Below are positions 9,025 through 18,300 of a stretch of DNA of 32,000 nt, piece by piece. How positions within the stretch are numbered: the first letter of the stretch is position 1; every line of letters starts with the position of its first letter. Position numbers and translations under genes: made by a program. Source of the DNA: Sinorhizobium meliloti (GTDB lineage: Bacteria; Pseudomonadota; Alphaproteobacteria; Rhizobiales; Rhizobiaceae); contig NZ_JAGIOS010000001.1 in the NCBI RefSeq assembly GCF_017876815.1, positions 780,001-812,000 on the forward strand, given 5' to 3'. Under the pieces are notes generated by a model. The model saw only the letters and a program-made list of their open reading frames with translations. It searched no databases and had not been told where the DNA came from.

Positions 9025-9462
9025 TCAGGCAGCAACGGCCCTTCCGGTGCGGGCATCGAGCGAGAGCGCGCCCGGGCCGAAGCCTGCCAGCACCAGGAAG
9101 GCGCCGGCGATCGTGATGTTCTTCATCATCATGATCTGGTTGAAGACCGTCAGCAGACCGTTTGCAGCCGGCGGGAAGTCCGGGACGTTGATTGCGCCGC
9201 TATGGAAGACGAAAGCGGTGACCACGCAGAAGGCGGCGAGCAGATAGGATGCGATACGGGTCTGAAACCCGACGAGGATCGCAAGACCGGCAACGAGTTC
9301 GAAGAGACCGGCGAGATAGGCGAGCGCCGTTGCGGCAGGCCAACCGGCACCGGTGATCATACCGGCCGTCGCCGACGGGTCGGTGAGCTTGCCGAAGCCG
9401 GAGGTTATGAAGATGATCGAGAGAAGAATGCGCCCGATGAGCACGATGACATTCTGGGACAT
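9025..9462 (-). CDS. DoxX-family inner-membrane protein
   Basis: MSQNVIVLIGRILLSIIFITSGFGKLTDP... has four predicted TM segments. The ATG at 9462 is preceded by AGGAG. Confidence 0.75.
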   Translation of the reverse strand: MSQNVIVLIGRILLSIIFITSGFGKLTDPSATAGMITGAGWPAATALAYLAGLFELVAGLAILVGFQTRIASYLLAAFCVVTAFVFHSGAINVPDFPPAANGLLTVFNQIMMMKNITIAGAFLVLAGFGPGALSLDARTGRAVAA

Positions 9463-9697
9463 GCGCGAGGCTCCTGTTGGGAAACGTGTTGGCAGCAGAG
9501 ATAACAAGCTTTTCGAAATCCTCTAGCCGCCCGCCCGGCGACAGATCGTTCACAATCTAGAGACGGAATCGATTCGTCGTCAACTGATGCCTTGCCGCTT
9601 TGGCCTCGGTCGGCCAAACAAGCGCTTTTCTGTTGCAAGATGAGGCGACAGAGTCAAAACTCCCCGACGCGTAAAGGGGAACGCAGGGGTAATCGCA

Positions 9698-10402
9698 ATG
9701 GCTGAAGTCATCCGGAGTTCCGCCTTCTGGCGGTCCTTCCCTATATTCGAAGAGTTCGACAGCGAAACCCTGTGCGAGCTATCGGGCATCGCCAGCTACC
9801 GGAAATGGTCCGCGGGCACGGTCATCTTCCAACGCGGCGACCAGGGCGACTACATGATCGTGGTGGTTTCCGGACGCATCAAGCTTTCGCTGTTCACGCC
9901 GCAGGGCCGCGAACTCATGTTGCGGCAGCACGAGGCAGGGGCGCTGTTCGGCGAGATGGCGCTGCTCGACGGACAACCGCGATCGGCGGATGCGACCGCC
10001 GTCACCGCCGCCGAGGGCTATGTGATCGGCAAGAAGGATTTCCTCGCCCTCATCACGCAGAGGCCGAAGACCGCCGAGGCGGTGATCCGCTTCCTCTGCG
10101 CGCAATTGCGCGACACGACGGACCGGCTGGAAACCATCGCGCTCTATGATCTCAACGCCCGCGTCGCCCGCTTCTTCCTGGCGACGCTCCGCCAGATCCA
10201 CGGTAGCGAGATGCCGCAAAGCGCCAATCTCCGGCTGACGCTCAGCCAGACGGACATCGCCTCGATCCTCGGAGCGAGCCGGCCGAAGGTGAACCGCGCG
10301 ATCCTGTCGCTGGAGGAGAGCGGTGCGATCAAGCGCGCCGACGGCATCATCTGCTGCAATGTCGGTCGCCTGCTGAGCATCGCCGATCCGGAGGAGGATT
10401 GA
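9698..10402 (+). CDS. clr: Crp/Fnr-family cyclic-nucleotide-binding transcriptional regulator (Clr)
   Basis: cNMP-binding domain: FQRGDQGDYMIVVVSGRIKLS...GALFGEMALLDGQPRSADA. C-terminal HTH: LTLSQTDIASILGASRPKVNRAILSLEESG. Its position next to a CHASE2 cyclase matches the S. meliloti clr-cyaD1 arrangement as I recall it. Confidence 0.8.
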   Translation: MAEVIRSSAFWRSFPIFEEFDSETLCELSGIASYRKWSAGTVIFQRGDQGDYMIVVVSGRIKLSLFTPQGRELMLRQHEAGALFGEMALLDGQPRSADATAVTAAEGYVIGKKDFLALITQRPKTAEAVIRFLCAQLRDTTDRLETIALYDLNARVARFFLATLRQIHGSEMPQSANLRLTLSQTDIASILGASRPKVNRAILSLEESGAIKRADGIICCNVGRLLSIADPEED

Positions 10403-10463
10403 TGCCGCTTGCCCAAAAGCGGGCGGTTTCAAAGACTTGGAGCGGTTGAGCGTAAGGCCGAGG

Positions 10464-12335
10464 ATGCATCACCGCATAACCCCGCTTTCCGGAGGGATCA
10501 TCGCCAGCCTCGCCGCGGCGCTGCTGCTCTATCTCTATGCCGGAACCATCCTCGACACCCAGCGTGAACTCTTTTTCGACAGTCTCACTCAATGGGTCCC
10601 CTCGCCGAGGTCGCCGGACATCATCGTCGTCGACGTCGATCGTAAGGCCTATGAGGCGCATGGCGGCAGCTGGGACAGGGCCGCAACCGCGGATCTGATT
10701 ACACGCTTGGCCGCGGCCGGGCCGAAGACGATCGCCGTCGATTTCGTTTTCAGTTCCGCCTGCGACCCGGCTTCGCCCGCAAACGCCGCGCTCGCTGCGG
10801 CGATCGGCAGAGCCCCGGTGGCCCTCGGCTTCTTGGCGGCCGGCCGCGTTCTCGCACGGCCGCGCCCCGTGCCGCCTCTGGCCCTCAGGCGCCAGCTGGC
10901 CGTCCCCGCGCAGTGGTTTATCGAAGGTGCGGAGACCTCCTGCCCGGCTTTCATGGACCGGGCGAAGGCCGCGACGGCCGCTTTTCTCGTCGGCGACGAG
11001 GATGCGCGGGTCCGGCGTGTTCAGGCTTACGCCATACTCGGCAACGATGCCTACCCGGCGCTCGGCATCGAAGCGGGGCGGCTTGCCGCCGACAGCAGCA
11101 CGCCCGTTCTCGGCGGAGAACCCGCCTGGCTAAGGCTCGATCACGCGATCATCCCTCTCGATGAGAGCGGCAACCTGCGTTTCCCGGCAAGTTCCGGAGA
11201 GGCGATCGCCGCCCGCACGATCTCTGCCGCCGACATCCTCGCCGGTCGACTGGAGAAAAGCCGTCTGGCGGGAAGGCTCGTCTTGATCGGCAGCAGCATG
11301 CCGAGCCTTGGCGGCCTTCGGCCCACCGCCTCCATGCCGCTCCAGCCATCGGTTCAGATCCACGCCGATATCGCCAATGCGATCATGACGGGGTTCGTGC
11401 CTTACCGTGGCAGCAATCTGCCATTGATCGAGGCGGTCTTCGCCTTCGCAGCGGGAGTCGCTGCAGCCTACGCAGCAACCAGGCTTCGCCCGATGGCATC
11501 CCTTATGTTGGGCGCTGCGGCGGTGCTCGCAACAATCGCCTTTGCCGGTGCGATCTATGCCTCCACCGGTTGGCTCTTCGACGCAGTCGGCACATCCTTG
11601 GCACTGGCTGCGGTCCTCATCGTCACCAGCGCATTGCAGCTCGCGCGCACGCGGCGCGCAGAGGCGATCGCCCGGCGGAAATTCTCGCAATATCTGCCGC
11701 AGTCCGTGGTGGCGCGCTACATAGACGAGCCCGATCGCGGGCGCATGGCCGGTGAGGAACGCCCGGTGACGGCGCTTTTCACCGATATCGAGGGTTTCTC
11801 GACAGTTTCGCAAAAGCTTGATCCCCGCGAACTCGTGGCCCTGCTCGACATCTATTTCGCCGAGGTGAACGCGCTCGTCTCCGGGCATGGCGGCATGGTC
11901 GACAAGGTCGTCGGCGATGCCGTCCATGCTCTCTTCAACGCGCCCGAGGACCTGCCCGGCCACGTAGACAAGGCGATCGGCTGCGCCGCAGCGATCCATG
12001 CTCTGACCGAGGAGATGCGCAGACGTCCGCAATTTGCCGAACACGGTTTCGGCAGGACCCGCATCGGCATCGAAACCGGGCCGGCGGTACTGGGAGAGGT
12101 GGGCGCCGGCGGGAAGCTCGACTACACCGCCCATGGCGATGCGGTGAACCTCGCCGCTCGCCTTCAGGAGGCGAACAAGTTCCTCGGCACCGCCATCTGC
12201 ATCGGCCCGGCGGCGGCTGCGCAGTCGAAGGCGGCGCTCAGATCCCTTGGCCGGCATGACATCAGGGGCTTCGGATCGATGGAGCTATTTACGGTAGCGG
12301 GCGATGGGCTGAACAAGCACCTTGGAGCGGAATGA
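10464..12335 (+). CDS. cyaD1: CHASE2-domain receptor adenylate/guanylate cyclase (class III)
   Basis: An N-terminal TM segment is followed by a CHASE2-like periplasmic region (IIVVDVDRKAYEAHGGSWDRAATADLITRLAAAGPKTIAVDFVFS). TM helices follow, then a cyclase domain (VTALFTDIEGFSTVSQ...KVVGDAVHALFNAP...GIETGPAVLGEVG...YTAHGDAVNLAARLQ). I chose the ATG at 10464. Confidence 0.8.
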   Translation: MHHRITPLSGGIIASLAAALLLYLYAGTILDTQRELFFDSLTQWVPSPRSPDIIVVDVDRKAYEAHGGSWDRAATADLITRLAAAGPKTIAVDFVFSSACDPASPANAALAAAIGRAPVALGFLAAGRVLARPRPVPPLALRRQLAVPAQWFIEGAETSCPAFMDRAKAATAAFLVGDEDARVRRVQAYAILGNDAYPALGIEAGRLAADSSTPVLGGEPAWLRLDHAIIPLDESGNLRFPASSGEAIAARTISAADILAGRLEKSRLAGRLVLIGSSMPSLGGLRPTASMPLQPSVQIHADIANAIMTGFVPYRGSNLPLIEAVFAFAAGVAAAYAATRLRPMASLMLGAAAVLATIAFAGAIYASTGWLFDAVGTSLALAAVLIVTSALQLARTRRAEAIARRKFSQYLPQSVVARYIDEPDRGRMAGEERPVTALFTDIEGFSTVSQKLDPRELVALLDIYFAEVNALVSGHGGMVDKVVGDAVHALFNAPEDLPGHVDKAIGCAAAIHALTEEMRRRPQFAEHGFGRTRIGIETGPAVLGEVGAGGKLDYTAHGDAVNLAARLQEANKFLGTAICIGPAAAAQSKAALRSLGRHDIRGFGSMELFTVAGDGLNKHLGAE

Positions 12336-12344
12336 GGGAACGCC

Positions 12345-12520
12345 GCCCCTCATCCCGCTGCCGCGACCTTCTCCACGCAAGCGGGGCGAAGGAGACCCCG
12401 CGGCACCCGCTCAAATCCCCTCTCCTCTTGTGGACCGCAGCGTGAGAGGGAGCGAGCGTGCGCTGCTTGCCCCTTCGCCCCGCCTGCGGGGAGAAGGGGC
12501 CGGCAGGCGGATGAGGGGCA
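12345..12520. repeat. nested GC-rich palindromic intergenic mosaic repeat (RIME/REP-like) between convergent genes
   Basis: Three hairpins are present: about 12367-12392, 12418-12450 and 12470-12499. The outer arms are inverted copies of each other. The 30-mer at 12345-12374 is 29/30 identical, in reverse complement, to 19169-19198. Confidence 0.7.
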
Positions 12521-12562
12521 CACATCGACAGCAACCGCATCGCGGGATGCCAGCTATCGCCC

Positions 12563-13177
12563 CTACCTCAACCCGACGCTCGCATAGGCCTGGCGAATCC
12601 GCGCCTGGCCCCAGCGCGTCGGTTCGCTGGGTGCAGCACCCGGGCGGTTGATATCCACGCCCTGGCCGGCGGCGACTGTCCGTGTAACGCCGCCGCCCTG
12701 AACGGACACCACGCCATGTTCCACGAACACCGCGAAAGCCGCTCGGCTCGGGCCGCAGAAGAATTTCGTTCCCCGAACGCCGATCATGCCGAAGGCGGTG
12801 CGCACCGCGACGTCCGTCTTGGGCAAACCTTCGGGCCGGTCGAAGACCATCCGGCCGAGGCCCAGCTCCAGGGTTCCGCCCTGGCCGGCGATGTAGCTGT
12901 CGATCAGGAGTTCCGTTTGCGGCCCCAGCAGGATACGCGTTTCGCTGAGCGCGAGATCGGCGAAGCTGTTGCTGCTCGTCAGGACATAATCCTTGTCGAG
13001 AACCGCGCCGCCGATCGCCAGCCGTTCCTCGTCCCCGCCCTGCCGGCGGCGGACATTGCCGCGGATTTTCGCAGCCTTGCCCACGACCGGAGCTGCTGCC
13101 GTCGAACGGCCGCCCGATACGGTGGCAAGCAGCAGGCCGCCAAGAAAGATCCGTCTCCTCATCTCGAACTGCCGCAT
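12563..13177 (-). CDS. FecR-domain periplasmic protein with an RR-type (possibly Tat) signal peptide
   Basis: The N-terminus is MRQFEMRRRIFLGGLLLATVSGGRSTAAA. The FecR-like beta-rich core reads ...LTSSNSFADLALSETRILLGPQTELLID...VAVRTAFGMIGVRGTKFF...VFVEHGVVSV. Confidence 0.7.
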   Translation of the reverse strand: MRQFEMRRRIFLGGLLLATVSGGRSTAAAPVVGKAAKIRGNVRRRQGGDEERLAIGGAVLDKDYVLTSSNSFADLALSETRILLGPQTELLIDSYIAGQGGTLELGLGRMVFDRPEGLPKTDVAVRTAFGMIGVRGTKFFCGPSRAAFAVFVEHGVVSVQGGGVTRTVAAGQGVDINRPGAAPSEPTRWGQARIRQAYASVGLR

Positions 13178-13308
13178 CGGCTTCTCCGCTGCGTTTCGCA
13201 GCGCTCCCTGTTCGGCCTCCGGCTCCTTACGAGGATAGACCGAGGCGTGCCCGATGCAAGACGCATCTTGGGGGCTGCTTCAACTCACCGTTTCATCGCC
13301 TTCACCGC

Positions 13309-13324
13309 TGTTTCCCGCGGAACA
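13309..13324. promoter_or_regulatory. CRP/Clr-type binding site TGTT-N8-AACA upstream of the Sel1-like gene
   Basis: TGTTTCCCGCGGAACA ends 51 nt upstream of the ATG at 13376. Its reverse complement, TGTTCCGCGGGAAACA, is the Clr box I recall for the S. meliloti smc02178 promoter. Confidence 0.7.
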
Positions 13325-13375
13325 GATGCCGGGTCGGGGCGGCCCTAGGATGGTGTCGGTTAGAGGGAGAGCACC

Positions 13376-13837
13376 ATGAAGAAACACGTTGGATCGAGCC
13401 TGTATCACCTGATCGCGGCCGCCGTGGTCTTGCCTCTGGTCGCGACCGCGCCCTCCGCGGCGCGTGCAGGCGATCTCACCGCCGCCGAGCAATGCGACCG
13501 CGAGGCCGGTAGCGAATTCGATCTCGAACGCAACAGGGCTTTCCCCGCCGTTGCGACGGAGGACATCCGCATCGGGGTGGCACTTTCCGCCTGTCGGGAA
13601 GCCTATAATCAGAACGGCGGCGCCCGGACGCAGTTCCAGCTCGCTCGCGTTCTCAACAGGGCTGGACAGAAGCTGCAGTCGGCACGAATTCTCGCCGAAG
13701 CCGCTGGGAATGGCCATGCTCTGGCAATGGCCAGCTATGCCGATCTCCTTGCCGAGCGCGGCATGGCCGGTACGTCCTCCGGCGATTTGCTGACGGCCCG
13801 GCGCTTCGCGCAGGCGACCACGGACGGATTGCAGTGA
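13376..13837 (+). CDS. secreted Sel1/TPR-like repeat protein (smc02178-like Clr target)
   Basis: Signal peptide: MKKHVGSSLYHLIAAAVVLPLVATAPSAARA. Sel1-like helical repeats: ...AEAAGNGHALAMASYADLLAERG.... An SD sequence GAGGGAGAG lies upstream. Confidence 0.7.
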   Translation: MKKHVGSSLYHLIAAAVVLPLVATAPSAARAGDLTAAEQCDREAGSEFDLERNRAFPAVATEDIRIGVALSACREAYNQNGGARTQFQLARVLNRAGQKLQSARILAEAAGNGHALAMASYADLLAERGMAGTSSGDLLTARRFAQATTDGLQ

Positions 13838-13840
13838 TGA

Positions 13841-13879
13841 GGGCGGCGGACCGGTCTTCCGCATAGGTCCGACCCGCCC
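13841..13879 (+). terminator. stem-loop after the Sel1-like gene
   Basis: GGGCGGCGGACC...GGTCCGACCCGCCC forms a stem of about 12 bp with one bulge. There is no strong T-tract. Confidence 0.4.
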
Positions 13880-13948
13880 GAAAATGCCGCTTGACGCCTG
13901 CGAGCAGGCGCAGGAGCGTGACCCGCGAGACATCAACGCGGGACGCAC

Positions 13949-14755
13949 ATGACGAAGCTCATCATTTTCTCCGACCTCCACATGGTGCCCGAAGGCGAGA
14001 CGATCATCGGGCTGGACCCGTACCGGCGGCTCGCCAACGGCATCGCCCACGTAAACCGCTACCATGCGGATGCCGACCGGGTGATCTTCGCCGGCGATCT
14101 GACGCATCGGGCGGACCGCGCTTCCTACGAGCGGCTGAAGGCGCTTCTCGGCGAACTCACCCCCCCGGCGGCGCTCATGATCGGCAATCACGACCGGCGC
14201 GATGTGTTTCTCGACGTCTTCGCGGAAGCGACGACCGACGCAAACGGCTTCGTCCAGCAGGTGCTCGATTTCGCCGATTGCCGCGCGATCCTGCTCGATA
14301 CGCTGTTTGCACCGCCCTACGACTATCCGGTGAGTCACGCCGGCCACCTATGCGACAGGCGCCTTGCCTGGCTCGACCGGCAACTCGAGGAGGCCGGCGG
14401 CCGGCCGGCGCTGATCTTCATGCACCACCCGCCGCATATCAGCGGCTTTGCCGGCATCGATATGATCCGCCTCGTCAACGAAGACGACTTCTACGCCCTG
14501 GTGAAGCGGCACGGAAATGTTCGTCATATCTTCGCCGGCCACGTCCACCGCACCATCAGCGGCTCCAGTCGCGGCATTCCCTTCTCGATCTTCAAAAGTC
14601 CGGTGCACCAGCAGCCTATGCCCTTCGACACCGCGGACGCGTCCCTTTCGGTGGACGAGCCGGCGGCCTACGGCATAGCGCTGGTGACCGGCGACGGCGT
14701 GCTCGTGCATACGGAAGACTACGAGATAGCAAGGCGCGACGCGGTGGGAGCGTGA
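13949..14755 (+). CDS. spdA: class III cyclic-nucleotide phosphodiesterase / metallophosphoesterase (SpdA-like)
   Basis: Calcineurin-like motifs are present: IIFSDLHM, FAGDLTH, MIGNHD, IFMHHPP and FAGHVH. Its position in the cyaD1 locus matches S. meliloti spdA as I recall it. Confidence 0.75.
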   Translation: MTKLIIFSDLHMVPEGETIIGLDPYRRLANGIAHVNRYHADADRVIFAGDLTHRADRASYERLKALLGELTPPAALMIGNHDRRDVFLDVFAEATTDANGFVQQVLDFADCRAILLDTLFAPPYDYPVSHAGHLCDRRLAWLDRQLEEAGGRPALIFMHHPPHISGFAGIDMIRLVNEDDFYALVKRHGNVRHIFAGHVHRTISGSSRGIPFSIFKSPVHQQPMPFDTADASLSVDEPAAYGIALVTGDGVLVHTEDYEIARRDAVGA

Positions 14756-14813
14756 CCTTCCGGCGCAAGAGGCAGGCATTCCGGCGCCACCCGCTTCGTG
14801 ATAGGCTGGCGCC

Positions 14814-15128
14814 ATGAGCCAATCCGTTCCCGCCCATCAGAATTTCGACTGCCAGAGCTGCGGCGCGTGCTGCGCGTATTCGGCCGACTGGCCGCGCTTT
14901 TCGCTGGAGACGGAGGAGGAGCTCGAGCGCATTCCGGCGGACTATGTGGCTGCGGATCTCGGCGGCATGCGCTGCGAGAGCGGCCGCTGCACGGCGCTTG
15001 AAGGCAAGCTCGGCCGTTCCGTCGCCTGCAAGGTCTACGACATACGCCCCATCGTCTGTCGCACCTGCATGCCGGGGGACGACGAGTGCCTGATGGCGCG
15101 GGAGCAACTTTTCGGGGCGGCATGCTGA
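14814..15128 (+). CDS. YkgJ-family (UPF0153) cysteine-cluster protein
   Basis: It contains the FDCQSCGACC motif (CxxCxxCC) plus C-terminal CKVY...CRTC cysteines. Length is 104 aa. Confidence 0.7.
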   Translation: MSQSVPAHQNFDCQSCGACCAYSADWPRFSLETEEELERIPADYVAADLGGMRCESGRCTALEGKLGRSVACKVYDIRPIVCRTCMPGDDECLMAREQLFGAAC

Positions 15129-15314
15129 CCTATGATCATCCGGAACATTCGCTTGCGCTCCGTATAGTTCTCCTTTTGTCCGGCCTGTCGTGGAGAAACA
15201 TTCGGCCATCAGGCTAATTTGCCGGATGGATGTTCGGCGATGGCACGCGTATTTTCTGCCACGACATCAGGGCGTCGAAAGCGCCCGCTACCGTTCCGTG
15301 GAGGACAGCGTTCA

Positions 15315-18300
15315 ATGAGCCCGAACCCGCTTCAGAAACCCGCGATCGACGCCGCACCTGCGCCCTTCGCCGACTTCGCACCGCCAGTCCGGCCGCAAAG
15401 CACGCTGCGCCGGGCGATCACGGCCGCTTACCGCCGCCCGGAAACGGAATGCCTGCCGCCTCTCGTCGAGGCGGCCACGCAATCGAAGGAAATACGGGAC
15501 GCCGCCGCAAGCACCGCCCGCAAGCTGATCGAGGCGCTGCGCGGCAAGCATAGTGGTTCCGGCGTCGAGGGACTGGTGCAGGAATATTCGCTTTCGAGCC
15601 AGGAAGGCGTGGCACTCATGTGCCTTGCGGAAGCGCTGCTGCGCATTCCCGATACGGCGACGCGCGACGCGCTGATCCGCGACAAGATTGCCGACGGCAA
15701 CTGGAAATCGCATCTCGGCGGCAGCCGTTCGCTCTTCGTCAATGCCGCGACCTGGGGACTTGTGGTCACCGGCAAGCTGACCTCGACGGTCAACGACCGC
15801 AGCCTCGCGGCGGCGCTCACGCGTCTCATCTCGCGTTGCGGCGAGCCGGTGATCCGGCGCGGCGTCGACATGGCCATGCGGATGATGGGCGAACAGTTCG
15901 TCACCGGCGAGACGATCCGCGAAGCGCTGAAACGTTCTAAGGAGCTCGAGGAGAAAGGCTTCAGCTACTCCTACGACATGCTCGGCGAAGCGGCGACCAC
16001 GGCCGCCGACGCCGAACGCTATTACAGGGACTATGAGAGCGCCATTCACGCAATCGGCAAAGCCTCCGCCGGCCGCGGCATCTATGAGGGCCCGGGCATC
16101 TCCATCAAGCTCTCGGCGCTGCATCCCCGCTATAGCCGCGCGCAAGCCGCGCGCGTCATGGGCGAATTGTTGCCGAGGGTGAAGGCGCTCGCTCTCCTCG
16201 CCAAGAATTACGATATCGGCCTCAACATCGACGCCGAGGAAGCCGACCGGCTGGAACTGTCGCTCGATCTCCTCGAGGTGCTCTGCCTCGACGGCGATCT
16301 CTCCGGCTGGAACGGCATGGGCTTCGTCGTGCAGGCCTATGGCAAACGCTGCCCCTTCGTTCTCGACTTCATCATCGATCTTGCCCGGCGCTCCGGCCGG
16401 CGCATCATGGTGCGGCTGGTGAAGGGTGCCTATTGGGATGCCGAGATCAAGCGGGCGCAGCTCGACGGGCTCGCGGATTTCCCGGTCTTCACGCGCAAGA
16501 TCCACACCGACGTCTCCTATATCGCCTGCGCAGCCAAGCTGCTTGCCGCGACCGATGTGGTGTTCCCGCAATTCGCGACACACAATGCCCAGACGCTCGC
16601 CGCCATCTACCACATGGCCGGCAAGGACTTTCACGTGGGCAAATACGAATTCCAGTGCCTGCACGGCATGGGCGAGCCGCTTTATGAAGAGGTCGTCGGC
16701 CGCGGCAAGCTCGATCGCCCCTGCCGCATCTATGCGCCTGTCGGCACCCATGAGACGCTGCTTGCCTATCTGGTCCGGCGCCTCCTCGAAAACGGCGCCA
16801 ACTCCTCCTTCGTGCATCGCATCAACGACCCGAAGGTTTCGATCGACGAACTGATCGCCGACCCCGTCGAAGTCGTCCGCGCCATGCCGGTCGTCGGCGC
16901 CAAGCACGACAGGATCGCCTTGCCGGCCGAACTCTTCGGCGATGCGCGGACCAATTCCGCCGGGCTCGATCTTTCCAACGAGGAAACGCTTGCGTCGCTT
17001 ACGGAAGCGCTGAGGGAAAGCGCGGCAATGAAGTGGACCGCCCTGCCGCAGCTCGCAACCGGCCCCGCTGCCGGCGAGACGCGGACGGTTCTGAACCCCG
17101 GCGACCATCGTGACGTCGTCGGCTCGGTGACCGAGACCTCGGAAGAGGACGCACGGCGCGCCGTGCGCCTTGCCGCCGACGCGGCGCCGGATTGGGCGGC
17201 CGTGCCGCCCTCCGAGCGGGCCGCCTGCCTCGACCGCGCCGCCGAGCTGATGCAGGCCCGCATGCCCACGCTTCTCGGGCTGATCATCCGCGAGGCGGGC
17301 AAATCGGCGCTGAACGCCATTGCCGAGGTGCGCGAGGCGATCGATTTCCTGCGCTACTATGCCGAACAGACGCGCCGCACGCTCGGCCCCGGCCACGGGC
17401 CGCTCGGCCCGATCGTCTGCATCAGCCCATGGAATTTCCCGCTGGCAATCTTCACCGGGCAGATCGCCGCCGCACTCGTCGCCGGCAATCCCGTGCTCGC
17501 CAAACCCGCGGAAGAGACGCCGCTGATCGCCGCCGAGGGCGTGCGCATCCTGCGTGAGGCCGGCATTCCGGCAAGCGCGCTGCAGCTTCTTCCGGGCGAC
17601 GGACGCGTCGGTGCGGCGCTGGTCGCCGCGGCCGAGACCGCGGGCGTGATGTTCACCGGATCGACGGAAGTCGCGCGGCTGATCCAGGCACAGCTTGCCG
17701 ACCGCCTTTCGCCCGCCGGCCGGCCGATCCCGCTGATCGCCGAAACCGGTGGCCAGAATGCGATGATCGTCGACTCCTCGGCGCTTGCCGAGCAGGTGGT
17801 CGGCGACGTGATCACCTCCGCCTTCGACAGTGCCGGCCAGCGCTGCTCGGCACTGCGTGTGCTGTGCCTGCAGGAGGATGTGGCCGACCGCATCCTGACG
17901 ATGCTGAAGGGCGCGCTGCACGAACTGCATATCGGCCGCACCGATCGTCTTTCCGTGGATGTCGGCCCGGTCATCACATCAGAGGCGAAGGACAACATCG
18001 AGAAGCACATAGAGCGGATGCGCGGGCTCGGCCGCAAGGTCGAGCAGATCGGGCTCGCCTCGGAGACCGGAGTGGGCACCTTCGTGCCGCCGACGATCAT
18101 CGAACTCGAGAAGCTTTCCGATCTTCAACGCGAGGTCTTCGGGCCGGTGCTGCACGTCATCCGCTACCGGCGCGACGATCTCGACCGGCTGGTGGACGAC
18201 GTCAACGCCACCGGCTACGGCCTGACCTTCGGGCTCCACACGCGCCTCGACGAGACGATCGCGCATGTGACGAGCCGTATCAAGGCGGGCAACCTCTACA

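Noticed and set aside
12289-12651. 83-aa and 109-aa ORFs in the cyaD1/FecR-like intergenic region (and 18926..19405 and 18929..19906 after putA)
   Set aside because: They are translations of the palindromic repeat elements (recurring SPRLRGEG and FSPQAGRR pseudo-peptides). They have no start context and overlap hairpins.
15312-17930. 872-aa minus-strand ORF antisense to putA
   Set aside because: It lies entirely inside the well-supported putA frame. The sequence is Arg/Gly/Ala-rich with no recognisable motifs. This is a typical shadow ORF of high-GC DNA.
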